Part shown: one piece after another, positions 53,000 through 64,000 of the stretch
Layout of the letters: every line of letters starts with the position of its first letter
Numbering within the stretch: position 1 is the stretch's first letter
Assembly: GCF_963676685.1 (NCBI RefSeq)
Contig: NC_092352.1
Coordinates: 49,104,001-49,168,000, forward strand
DNA: 64,000 nt
Direction: 5' to 3'
Origin: Mytilus edulis
Taxonomy: Eukaryota
Translations under genes and position numbers: made by a program
The notes under the pieces: model-generated
Told to the model about the DNA's origin: nothing
Database searches by the model: none
What the model saw: the letters and a program-made list of their open reading frames with translations, nothing else

Positions 53000-54279
53000 G
53001 TTTGTAAAGTTTAAAAAATAGTTCTTGGCTCTATACCTTCTGTTTATTTTTCATATTAGACCCTTCATCGACCCTCGTTTCAGACTAGAGCTGATTTATA
53101 GCTGAACGTTTTGCATATACATTTATCAATTGTTGAAGACTGTAAGCTCTTCACTAGGTGTATTTTTGTCATTTGTGTCACAGGGTTACATTCTTGTCGA
53201 CCTTTATCCCACATCTTCTTTATTAATGTATGTATTGGTTAAAACATTGTTCTCATTGCATGATATATAGGTTATCGTATATCTTTATAATCACGTACTT
53301 TATAATCACGTAGGAAGCACTAGTTTTTATATTTCAATTTGAATTTACCTTACATTCTATTCTCCCCATAAAATTTTTAAATCCAATTAAAACCGAGAGA
53401 AATATTCTTCCTGAAAATGGTGTCAGAAATCCTTCTGTATTATTTAATACCGGCATGAAACTTTGATCTTATTCATTATTACTGAAATGAAAAAAAGGTT
53501 TTCCCCAATGCATATATATTTTAGTAATGCATAATCTCATTTAATTCGAATGATTTGATAAGACCACTAAACTTAAAAATTTGATCAATGTTGGCATACC
53601 AACATTTTTTACTTAACATTAGCCTATATTTTTTTTTTATAAATTCACGATCTACTTCAGGTCCAAGTATTTCAGTCATGACTTCTTTTCGGTAGTATGA
53701 AATAGATGAGCGAAAGATATCAAAGTGATATTCAAACTCATAAGTGGAAAACAACGGACAATGCAATGATTAAAAAAAAACGAAGGACGGAAAAACAACA
53801 GTACAAGAAACACAACACAGGAAACTAAAGATCGAGACATAGGAACCCCATTTGTCGTCGTGGCAGTGTTTTTTTCTCTTCTTTACTTGCAATATTATTA
53901 ATATACCTGTGAAATTTGACATCGAAGACGAATTCATCCTATTTAGCACAAAATCGACTGTGCAAAATAACAGTATACAAACATTTTAAAATTAGAGTTA
54001 TATTTAATGGCAAGTCAAATACTTAAAAAATTTTAAAAGGGAATATTGATTAAATATTATTTGTTATCTTCCTTCCCTTCGTCTATATCGTTCTGCTCAG
54101 TCGCTCCGTAATTTTCGTATAACGGCTTAGAGACGAGAGAAGCGGCATCACAATGTCAGGGGAGAAGATATCAGCGACATCACACTGTCGGAGGAGACAT
54201 AATAAAGCGTGCTTTCCTCAAGCTTAAAACTGTCTAAGGGAGGGGAAAAGACTAGTAAAAGACCGATAAACATATAATC

Positions 54280-54860
54280 TTCTCATATATGTTATGATGG
54301 TATGATACTAAACCCCTAACGGGAAGGATTGTGCCTGATGTTCATATGATGAAATCATAATCTTTCAGTCAGTTTAATTGAAGTCTGGAGCTGGCATGTC
54401 AGTTAACTGATAGTAGTCTGTTGTTATTTATGCATTATTGCCATTTTGTTTATTTTCTTTGGTTACATCTTCTAACATCAGACTCGGACTTCTCTTGAAC
54501 TGAATTTTAATGTGCGTATTGTTATGGGTTTACTTTTCTACATTGGCTAGGGAAGGGTTGAGATCTAACAAACATGTTTAACCCCGCCGCATTTTTGCGC
54601 CTGTCCCAAGTCTGAGCCTCTGGCCTTTGTTAGTCTTGTATTATTTTAATTTTAGTTTCTTGTGTACAATTTTGAAATAAGTATGGCGTTCATTATCACT
54701 GAACTAGTATATATTTGTTTAGGGGCCAGTTGAAGGACGCCTCAGGGTGCGGGAATTTCTCGCTACATTGAAGACCTGTTGGTGACCTTCTGCTGTTGTT
54801 TTTTTCTATGGTCAGGTTGTTGTCTCTTTGGCATATTCCCCATTTCCATTCTCAATTTTA
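54280..54860 (+). mobile_element. Longest copy of the aagtctggagctggc repeat, inserted into module X of copy D
   Basis: Absent at ~22910. (t)aatc is duplicated at the ends. Confidence 0.85.
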
Positions 54861-57800
54861 ATCATGTTTCTTCGTTTATATATCGTAACATATCAGCCGC
54901 TCGACATAAGGTTCGCATTGTTTCTCGAGGCTTATATTTTACGGTATCGATGTGTAGACTTTTTTTTATTATATTAAGGATATCGCATTTTTACTGTAAA
55001 GCGCTTAATGTTATTTTGGTGTAATAAGAAAAAGATAGCATAATTAACCGCGTCATGATTTAAATTGAACATATACACAAATCCTAAGTCAAGAAAAAAA
55101 ATAAAAAAAATAATTTCATTGCTTTCAACTAGTGTATAAATGTTGAATTCATAAAAATATCCATAAAAGTACATCTGACGTTGCAAATCAAATTTTTCGC
55201 CCAACAGATGTACTTATTAGAGTTTTGATTGACCAAAACATCTCATTTCTTGTCATAGCGAATGAAGAGCATCATGAAAGAATATCTATAATTTTGATTT
55301 CATACACAATGATTTCCTAGAAAAATTACTCGGAGCAGTTTATTGATTAATCTTAAGTTTTCAATAAGGTACATTAAACTTGTTCCATGTGCTTAAGTAT
55401 ATTAAGCCCTTAGGAAATATTCGAAGTAAAGTCTAAAAATATTAGTAGATATGTTGTTCACTGATAAATTTGAAAAAATGTTATTTAACCTGGAAAATAA
55501 GACATAAATTGAATTATCCTATGTGCACAAAGTAGACTGAATAAAATAGAAACAAACAAGAATCAAATACTGTAGTGTAAAATTCTGGGTAGTACTGCGA
55601 TATATTATCTGTACTTGGAATATGAGCCTTAATCTCTTGTGCAAAATACCGCAGATCATACTGGTCTTTATATCAATGCTTGAATGAAGAAACTACAACA
55701 TACTATGATTTATACACTGGTCTTAGGAAATATGAATTGAAACTTTTCCTGAATATTCGAAAAACTTATCATATTGAAGATATTGTATTTCATATGTAAA
55801 ACGCTCACATCTCATGATTTGATGTGCAACCATGATCTAAAATACAACCGTTTCACTATGTAAAGTAAATATATACACACAGACTTTAGTTAAAGATTTA
55901 CTAGTTCAGTAATATTAATTTTAATCACAATCGTTTTCAAAAGACTTTGCAAATTCAATTGTAACGCCATTTTCCTCAGGCAATTTGTTTTCTATAAAAC
56001 AAAACTTGAAGCAGTTGATTGACAATTCTAAACGTTTTTAATACGGTATAAGTTCCATGTGGTTGAGTATATTTTGTCCTCTTAAAGTGAAATTTATTCA
56101 AAAATAAATATTTGTCTATTTTTTTCATTGTGTTTTTATTTTCTCTACTTGCTTTATTATTATTTTACATGTGTTATCTAACTTTCCGACGCAGCAGACT
56201 GAATGAAATAGATATGTTCAAAAATAGTATTCTGAATTGAAATATCCCGGTAAGTCATGCAATTTTATTCATCAAATATACATTGGATACAAGAGCGTAT
56301 TCACTGTAAAAAGTCGGAGAAAAGAATTATTTCTATATAAATGTTGAAGTCAGAACACCCCATCATACTTTTAATCATCATCAGGTTATTAGGGGTATTA
56401 GGTCTCATTCTCTGTCACTGCTCTTTAAGAAAACACTGACATAAAGTTTTATCTAATATCCTCAGAGAAGATACGGAATACAATATAACATTTATCATAT
56501 TAATGACATAGTTTCTAATTTTACTTCTAAATGCCATTTTATAATAATTTCTAAGACTAAATCAAACTGTTAGTATGTCATTATCAGTTTTATAATATAG
56601 CATTAGCTAGTGCAATTCCGAAATCATAAGTACACAATATCATTAGGACAAAGGAAAACAAGTCTTCACAATTGTATAGCAAAACATATTTAGTTATATT
56701 GTTATTTATATAAAATAAGATTAAATCTATAACAGTACCGTTAAATCAATATTCAAAAATCTAACTATGATGTAAAATTATATTCTTATATAACATGTTT
56801 TTTCAACGAACATATTAAATATATAGATCGTATTTAATTTTACACGCCTTCTAAAAAAGATTGCATAGAAATTAAGATACCCCGTTCGAAAAACAAATTC
56901 TGCAGGTACTAAATACCTCCAATCAAAACTTTGTATCTATGAAATAATTTCGTAAAAGAGAATACTGTAGACAATCTGATTAATATAATGCAGCGACCGT
57001 TTAAATGGTTTTCTCATATTGTTGAATAATTTATCTATTTCCACTAAGAAAATACATTTCTTGTATCGCAATGAACGGAGTGTAATTTGAAATACTGATA
57101 CGAAACATGCGCTAAATATGTTGCCCGTTCCTGTAGTGTTTTCCAAAATTGTGATATTCTAATTGACTATTTGTTCTGTCAATGAAGACTTTCGCAGTTA
57201 ACAACCTACTCTCAGTCTTTTAGTCACCCAAAAGAATTGGTCAAAAGGTAACCAGACACAAGTTGTTCCAAAATTTGAATATCGAAAAAGGAAAACTGAA
57301 AAAGGAAACAACTTGTGTCTGGTCAAAAGGTGTTGGACATGCATAAAATACAGTTCAAAGATATGTTTTATTTTCTTACAAAATAATACCAAAAATAAAT
57401 AATTCATTGTTTTTTATGTTATGACATTTAATTTACTTAAGGCTGTGTTTTATATGACAATTTTTATATATTTGAGGTTAGCTTGAAATTTTTATAGTTG
57501 ATACAATATTTTACTTACTTATATATAAGATCAATAACCATGATAATGATCGAAGGTGTACTATTAAATAACAACGCCACACACTTTACTGTACAAGATG
57601 CGCATTTTGACAAGTGAAATCTAATAAGTAAAGCTAGAATTAAAAAATTATGAAAAATACGAAACTAATAACAAACAGGGTATTAATTAGAAATGTACAC
57701 AAAGTAAAGCAAAACAAATACAAGGGCAAATCTTGAGATTCCTTTATTGAGAACTATAAATCTAACTTTATAACAGTTGAAATCATATCCACAATGCTAC

Positions 57801-58333
57801 CGGTGTACTACTGGATAATTAAACGGACTGCCCTCTACAGACATTTTATGAACTGTTTTAATTACTGAAGGAATGTGATTTATTGTAGGTGAAGGTTATT
57901 TCCCTTTACAATTCAATAATAATTTTTTGAAAAACACAGTTCAACGACCTATGAAAGCATTATCAAAATCAATTAACCAATAAATAGTTGAATTGTTGCT
58001 TTCATTCATATTTCATTTTGTACGCATTCATTGGTCTCTATAGTGTTGTGTTATATCACATTTACTTCCTGTCTCACATAAAGCACGATCATTTCAGCAT
58101 CAAAACAAACAGACTGTTATTTGCATTTGAACAAAACATTTAATTTCAACAATGATGCCATTGAACATTGTATGGTGACCTATATCTCTTAACTTTAACG
58201 GTCATTTAGTGTCTACATTAAACGTGTCTCATTTGGAATCATACCACATCTGGTTCTTTTTATAAATTGTGATGCATTATTAAAATATCATAGTATGTCT
58301 TCTTCTCATAAAAAAGATGAACTTTATCCCAAG

Positions 58334-58545
58334 GGTTTACTAAGAAATATATCTTCCTTCTGTATATTTTAGTACTGTCCAATTCTGTTCGATTTTCAAA
58401 CTTTTCCGGTCAAGATTTCTCCAGGATTGCCATAAACCTTTATCACAATACGTCCGGTTCATTATCTGATATTCATTGGCTATCCATTCACAAAACGTAT
58501 TTGCGTAGTAGAAGAATTATATATTCATTCAAAATGATTACGTAG
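58334..58545 (+). CDS. Candidate exon with a signal-peptide-like start (FTKKYIFLLYILVLSNSVRFS...)
   Basis: tttatcccaag acceptor-like site, 69 open codons, basic then hydrophobic N terminus. No ATG, and single copy so it cannot be tested by comparison. Confidence 0.25.
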
Positions 58546-59047
58546 AGACTTTCATGTCAACTGTAAGTTATCTTGACCTTCTGATTAAAAAAAAAGATAA
58601 CTTAAAACCGGAATACCATCATTATAAAGGACTACTTACAGTTAAGAACGATCGCGAAGGCTGTCCGTACCAAAGACCTTTTACTTTAAAGAGGAAGCAG
58701 GTACATACACTTTTGGCTGGCAGAAGTATTTAAACTGATTTTGATAGAGAGGCGAAATATACCAAAGGTACATCATAACTCATTATACAAACACAAACTG
58801 ACAACGTCGCGCCGAAAGGATACGCAGTGATGTTAAGGTTGTTCGCCACATGAAAAGATACAAAATTGCAGTGTTTTCAAATTCAGAGTCCAGAAAATAA
58901 ATAGTTGTCTCCAATCATGGTATAGTCGGTGTGTATAAAGACAATAGATGTAGATTTAAAAAAAAAAATACAAATCTATTTTTAGACCAAGGGAAAAAGT
59001 CACGTGACCAACCGAAATAGAAAGTAAAATACTGACAAATAAATCGT

Positions 59048-59347
59048 AGTAGAACAAGGGCATGCGGATGTTTAAATTTAAAGTTTAAGACGCCTTTTGG
59101 TAGCCTAAGATCTAAAGTTCATTATAAAATCATGGCAAAGTGTTTTTTTTTAAGATAATGCATATAAAACCAACTTCAAAGTCAAATCATTTTACATTTC
59201 GTGCTTTTTCGGAGTTTCGGACACATTTTTATCACTACTTATTATATCTGTATTCTTTGCCATATGTTAGCGAAGTGTAATTTCAAATTCTCTTTCTGGG
59301 AAACCAAAAAATATCGACCTTTGTGGCCAGTATGCCCTTGTTCCACT
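59048..59347. mobile_element. ~300-bp MITE
   Basis: Termini agtagaacaagggcat / atgcccttgttccact, with cgt on both flanks. Confidence 0.6.
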
Positions 59348-60499
59348 CGTTTTTATAACCGACTCTTCAGAATTTCAGTTAAATCGTCGATATTAAAACG
59401 CTCTTTTGACTTTCAATGTTCCAAACGAGTTACTCCCCTTTGTTAACAGAGAACGCTGATTTTCCTTCTAATAATCAAAATTAAGCTTGTTTTTCTGTTC
59501 GTATGATATGTTTTCATTTTTTTTATCAACACTCTCACCTTACAGTTACTTTGTATTTGTTAATGTTTTCACTACGGTTGGATAAATAATATAGTTGGAA
59601 AATAGGGGGAGGGTCCGGAAAACAACATATTTCATCAGCGAATTTTGAAATCTTTGTTTTCATATCTTGCACTGTAATAAAGGCACTGCTAATTTATGAA
59701 ATTTACTGTATGCAGTTGCAGTCATTCTTTCATTGATATGCAAATATAAAAATAAGACGATTTGGTAAAATTTCCATTGGCATTGACCATTCATGTTGAG
59801 AACTACATGTATCCAGATAATATATTCAAATATTGTGGATATAAGCAATTATAATGAAAGGTCATTGTACAACACTCATTAATGCAGTGCATTCTATAAA
59901 GATAAATTAGAGTCTAGGAATGCTTGAGGAAGCCTTCATTTCATACAATCTGTATTTTTTAATGTCTAGCATTTTCTGTTATTTACTGTTTTGCCTGATA
60001 ATCACCACAACAGACAGACACTAATTAGCATTATATTCCCTTTTTATTTTTGTGCAGTGAGTATATAATTGGTCATAAGTATCCCTTTCAGACTCTGATA
60101 CATGAATCATAAATTCTTGCTCAGAGAAATGTTGATTTATTCTGGTGTACTTGTTGCATTGTTATTCTAAAAATGTCATGTTCTCCCTAGATCACAAAAG
60201 AATGACCCATTGATTCGCAATAAGCTATATATTTAAATGGTCTGCTTTAGGTATATTAATGAGCAAATACATTAACAAGCGTGCATGGCACTAGTAGCCA
60301 AGGCTTGTTTAGGCTTCTGACTTGGCCACTTAATATTTTTAATTGCAAATATCCATAATGCTTATACTTATCTTTCATATTTTTCACAAGTTGGGCCCTA
60401 TATTAATAATATTAGTTTTTCCCCTTGCTTTATACCCCTGTTATAATATTCAGCTGGAGAGGTTTTTGCATAGTCATATATATGTAATTTAATATCATG

Positions 60500-62480
60500 C
60501 TCAAATGGGAACCATTTTGATATATAGGTATAAGTTCAAAATCAGCATTATAGGAGTAATAGTGTTTAACTTCTAGTGTAAATATATAGATCATTTTATC
60601 ACAGTTTGGATATATTCATTTGATCTGAAATATAATAATAATGAAAATTAACAAATCATTGATCATTATGCATTAAACACTCACTGTAAACAAGTCAACC
60701 ACCATAATTAAACACAAAATTTCACACAAGTCATGTACATTGTAGATGTTTCAAATAGTTATACATTGGAATATTTTAACTAATATATAAATATACTATG
60801 ATCATTATAACTTCTTCAAAGATTGTGATCACCTTCATCATAAATGCTTGTTCAAAACACACTATCAGGAATTCATCCTGTCAACAAGACTTGTGAAATC
60901 AGGACCCAAGAAAATACATGTCATATACATGTACCATGTATACATATGTAATGAACTGTTTGTAAAATCAAATAATGTGCAGCTCTAAATTATTAAAAGT
61001 CTTGATTGTTTTGAAATTTCTTAAAAAATTAGCTGATCATATTTAAAAAAAAGTGTTATTGTAATCTGATATGTAGATATAATGACAGCAATGAGCAAGA
61101 GCTTGAAGTTATATAATTAAAGAGATGCATTTTGTTCAATTGGAATTTCTATAAATTCAAATCTAGTACCATATTCAAATTATAATCATTAATGCAAACA
61201 GTTCATTAAATGAAATTATGGATTTCAAATTTAGTTTGAAATGACAAGAAAACTAGAGTTTAGGTTTAACTACTGATCAATTTATAAAACAGAATACATT
61301 TTGTAGTACAAATGTAAAAACTATCATTATTCAATCATGATTGGCAATCACACTTCATCTTCTTGTTTTTTACTGAAATTTACCTGTTTAGACAATTCCA
61401 ATTGATGACAAATTAATTTCAAAGTACAGCACAGTCTGGTCACATCCTGTATTAAAGAAAACAGAGAACACATGAATAATTGAAAAACTTGATATGCCAA
61501 AATTAAATCAGATAATTTATCCAAACAATCTTGATCAATCAAATAGATGATTAAAGATCTATACCTTTTATATTAGAAGGCTATCTTTTTTGACACCTTG
61601 TTTATATATCTATTTTCTTATTCATGCTATGATATGATAGAGGATATAAAAAGGCATTTTTCCTTAAACTATGAATACTTTGTACTTGCTTGCTAGCTAC
61701 ATTTATATAATGTGCACACACTCACAACTATATAGCCTGATACTGGATAATTATAGAGAAATAAATGACACATTTATGAAAAGTGCAATTATGTATCTTC
61801 CACTTTCTCCTGAATGAAAGTTATAGTTATTTTAACAAAGATTTATAAACAATGAAGTTTGTCATACAATATATTTGAACTCTCAATATATTCAGAGTTG
61901 TGTTTTTTTTAAACATCAATATTTAAAATTGATTATTCATAACTTTTCATTTGAAAAATACCCCCACATTTTTATTTCTATACTATTTTCCATGAAATAA
62001 AGTACAATGAAATAAATACAAATTCAGGTTTGTCTAATGGTACTTGTCAGTCTGATTAGACAATCAATCAGTAAATTTATGTAAATATTTAATTGATTTT
62101 TTCTGAAATCAAATGGCAATTTATTGTGAGTAAATAAAGAACACTACAAATAACAAATAGTGTTATATGCCCGAATCCAAATTTATTTTCGACTTAAAAA
62201 ACGAACACTTCATAGTGATTACGCGGTCAGATTATAAAATAAACATGGTCAAGTTGGAATTCGATAACACCCTCCCCCCCCCCTTTTTGTATAGAAAACA
62301 ACACCTAACGTTTCGCGAATATAACACATCGTATGAAAACAAAGTTACATAACATAAGTCATATTGTACTTACATTTGGATACCCTAGTCATGTTTTCCG
62401 TCAGGAACATCATCAAATCGTATGAAAAACTCATAAACAGCTGACACGCACTTGCTTGTTTTGATGCCTTTTTTTCAAGC
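60500..62480 (-). other. Probable spliced transcript (5' UTR exons or lncRNA)
   Basis: Donor AAT/gtaagt at 62374/62373. Internal exon 61446-61384 (ttctttaatacag ... CAG/gtaaat). Acceptor tatttcag at 60625. CpG-poor sequence across ~59.8-62.1 kb. Confidence 0.5.
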
Positions 62481-62514
62481 TTTGAAATGACGTTGAGTGT
62501 AAGAATAAATGTGC

Positions 62515-62550
62515 TGACAACCAATAGAAACGACTATATGACGTCACAAT
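62515..62550. promoter_or_regulatory. CCAAT box and CRE upstream of the minus-strand transcript
   Basis: ccaat at 62521 and TGACGTCA at 62539-62546 in a CpG-richer patch. Confidence 0.4.
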
Positions 62551-63789
62551 TAGATTGCGATAGAATCGTTCAAAACTTATGGAGAACTGCCTTAACATTA
62601 TTGCGTAATCATTAACAGTCCAACCAAAAGATGCAAAATCCTATGGGTAATTTCATGTAATTTAAGGTAAGCAGATCTAGCTATATATGTTGTACTCGTC
62701 CTGTTGTTCATGTCAGTACAAAACCTGTGATAGGTAGATTTGATAAGTCAAATTCGCGGGAAAAGGGCAGATTATGGAGACGACCATCAGCCTATTTCTA
62801 TTTTAAGATTGGTTAATATCGAGATGCATACAGTAGTCAATAGCACATTTAGATTAAGTGATTAAAACAAATGATGTTCCCGAACACTCAAAGCAAGCTC
62901 TCGAAAATCTTGTCAAACTCCAGTTTCGATGGCTACATCTCAGAAAAATACTCATATTGCAACGTAAAAAAAGACTTAACCCTGTCCATTGTTTTGTTCT
63001 CTAGGCAGAAAAAATAAAACAAACATTGTAGTCTTTAAACTCTAACATCATGATTAAACATTTTCATAAAAAAAACCCACTGATAAGCGAATAACGATGT
63101 GTTTTGATAAATGCTTAACTAAATAACTTTTATAATGTTTAACCTAAACAATTTCTACACTAGATAGCTTTATCAATACTTTTAGCGTTAATTATTTGAA
63201 AGAATACATCGAAATATTTTTTCAAATTGGGATGAAATCGAGTTTTTGATATGACGCTCATCGTTTGCTTTCTAAATAAAGTATTGGTCTTAATGCAACA
63301 GAACATGCGGTATAAAATGCATTATTGAATAATTCATAATTTAACATGCATAGGGATGTCAATCTGAAGGTGTTTCTTGCTAAGAATTGAAATCAAATTA
63401 ATTAAGAATAAAAGCTTAGATGTATCTGTTAATTTACAATGTAAATTTGATAGTTTTCTAGAAGGTTTTTGCCTCATCAAATCAAATGCTTTCTAACGGA
63501 TCTTAAAAGCACAAAACACAAATTTGGAGTTTTTATAAAACAATCAGAACAATTCGATCATTCCAAGCTTTATACTTATTCCAATAATGCTGAAAAAGGG
63601 ACGAAAGATACCAGAGGGACAGTCAAACCCATATATCGAAAATAAACTGACAAAGCCATGGCTAAAAATGAAAAAGACAAACAGACAAACAGAAGAACAC
63701 ATGACACAACATGGAAAACTAAAGAATAACTGGGGGTGATTTCATTGGTTTTGGGAATGTTTTTTCACGTAGCTCATACTAGTTGTCGT

Positions 63790-64000
63790 GAAATTGACCA
63801 ATGGAATACCACCTACCCATGTAGATATAAACATCATCGCTATCAGTCTACTTTATCTGGGTGTCACAGACGTTAAAAAAACGGGAACATGTGACGTGAA
63901 CGTGACTGGTGTATGACGTCAATACTAAAAATATCGTAAAATCTCGAGTCATGTGTCGCAGCTTCCGATTTATCAATATGGCTTATCGTCGCTGTGATTC
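63790..64000 (+). promoter_or_regulatory. Possible promoter and start (MAYRRCD..) of a gene leaving the window
   Basis: ccaat at ~63798, tgacgt at ~63892, TGACGTCA at 63914-63921, CpG-rich context, aatATGGC at 63978. Confidence 0.3.

Larger units (their letters stand above)
50000..58160 (+). repeat. Older diverged copy D of the array unit
   Basis: Colinear with ~18120-25410, with patchy identity. Lacks the A- and B-specific insertions. Confidence 0.9.

Noticed and set aside
60060-60910. Possible intronic C/D snoRNA boxes
   Set aside because: Found no C and D box pair at suitable spacing with a terminal stem.

Overview
AT-rich eukaryotic genomic DNA with no intact long ORF. The repeat families look like those of a bivalve, probably a mytilid mussel (inference). 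About 6.6-58.2 kb is a tandem segmental-duplication array: a ~15 kb unit (A ~16.1-27.9 kb, B ~31.2-43.3 kb), an almost identical 5,963-bp duplication (39.5-51.5 kb) and an older diverged copy D (~50-58.2 kb). Paralogous empty sites define several insertions. One is a 7.2-kb Penelope-like (Naiad-type) RT element, split inside its GIPMG motif by a 5-kb long-TIR DNA element that carries further nested MITE and Helentron-type elements. Another is a 5'-truncated GIY-YIG Penelope (Neptune-like) copy with a degenerate hammerhead. The most interesting signal is a set of short exon-like segments that the ORF track misses and that resemble small secreted-peptide genes, mostly decayed. They include 'VEATT...' cationic peptide exons with gapless hypervariability (2.2-5.3 kb), three minus-strand peptide-like modules repeated with the array (one with mytilin-like Cys spacing), and one signal-peptide-like frame at 58.3 kb. 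These peptide calls come from manual alignment only and need RNA-seq or homology confirmation. The right end has a probable spliced minus-strand transcript and a possible divergent gene start.
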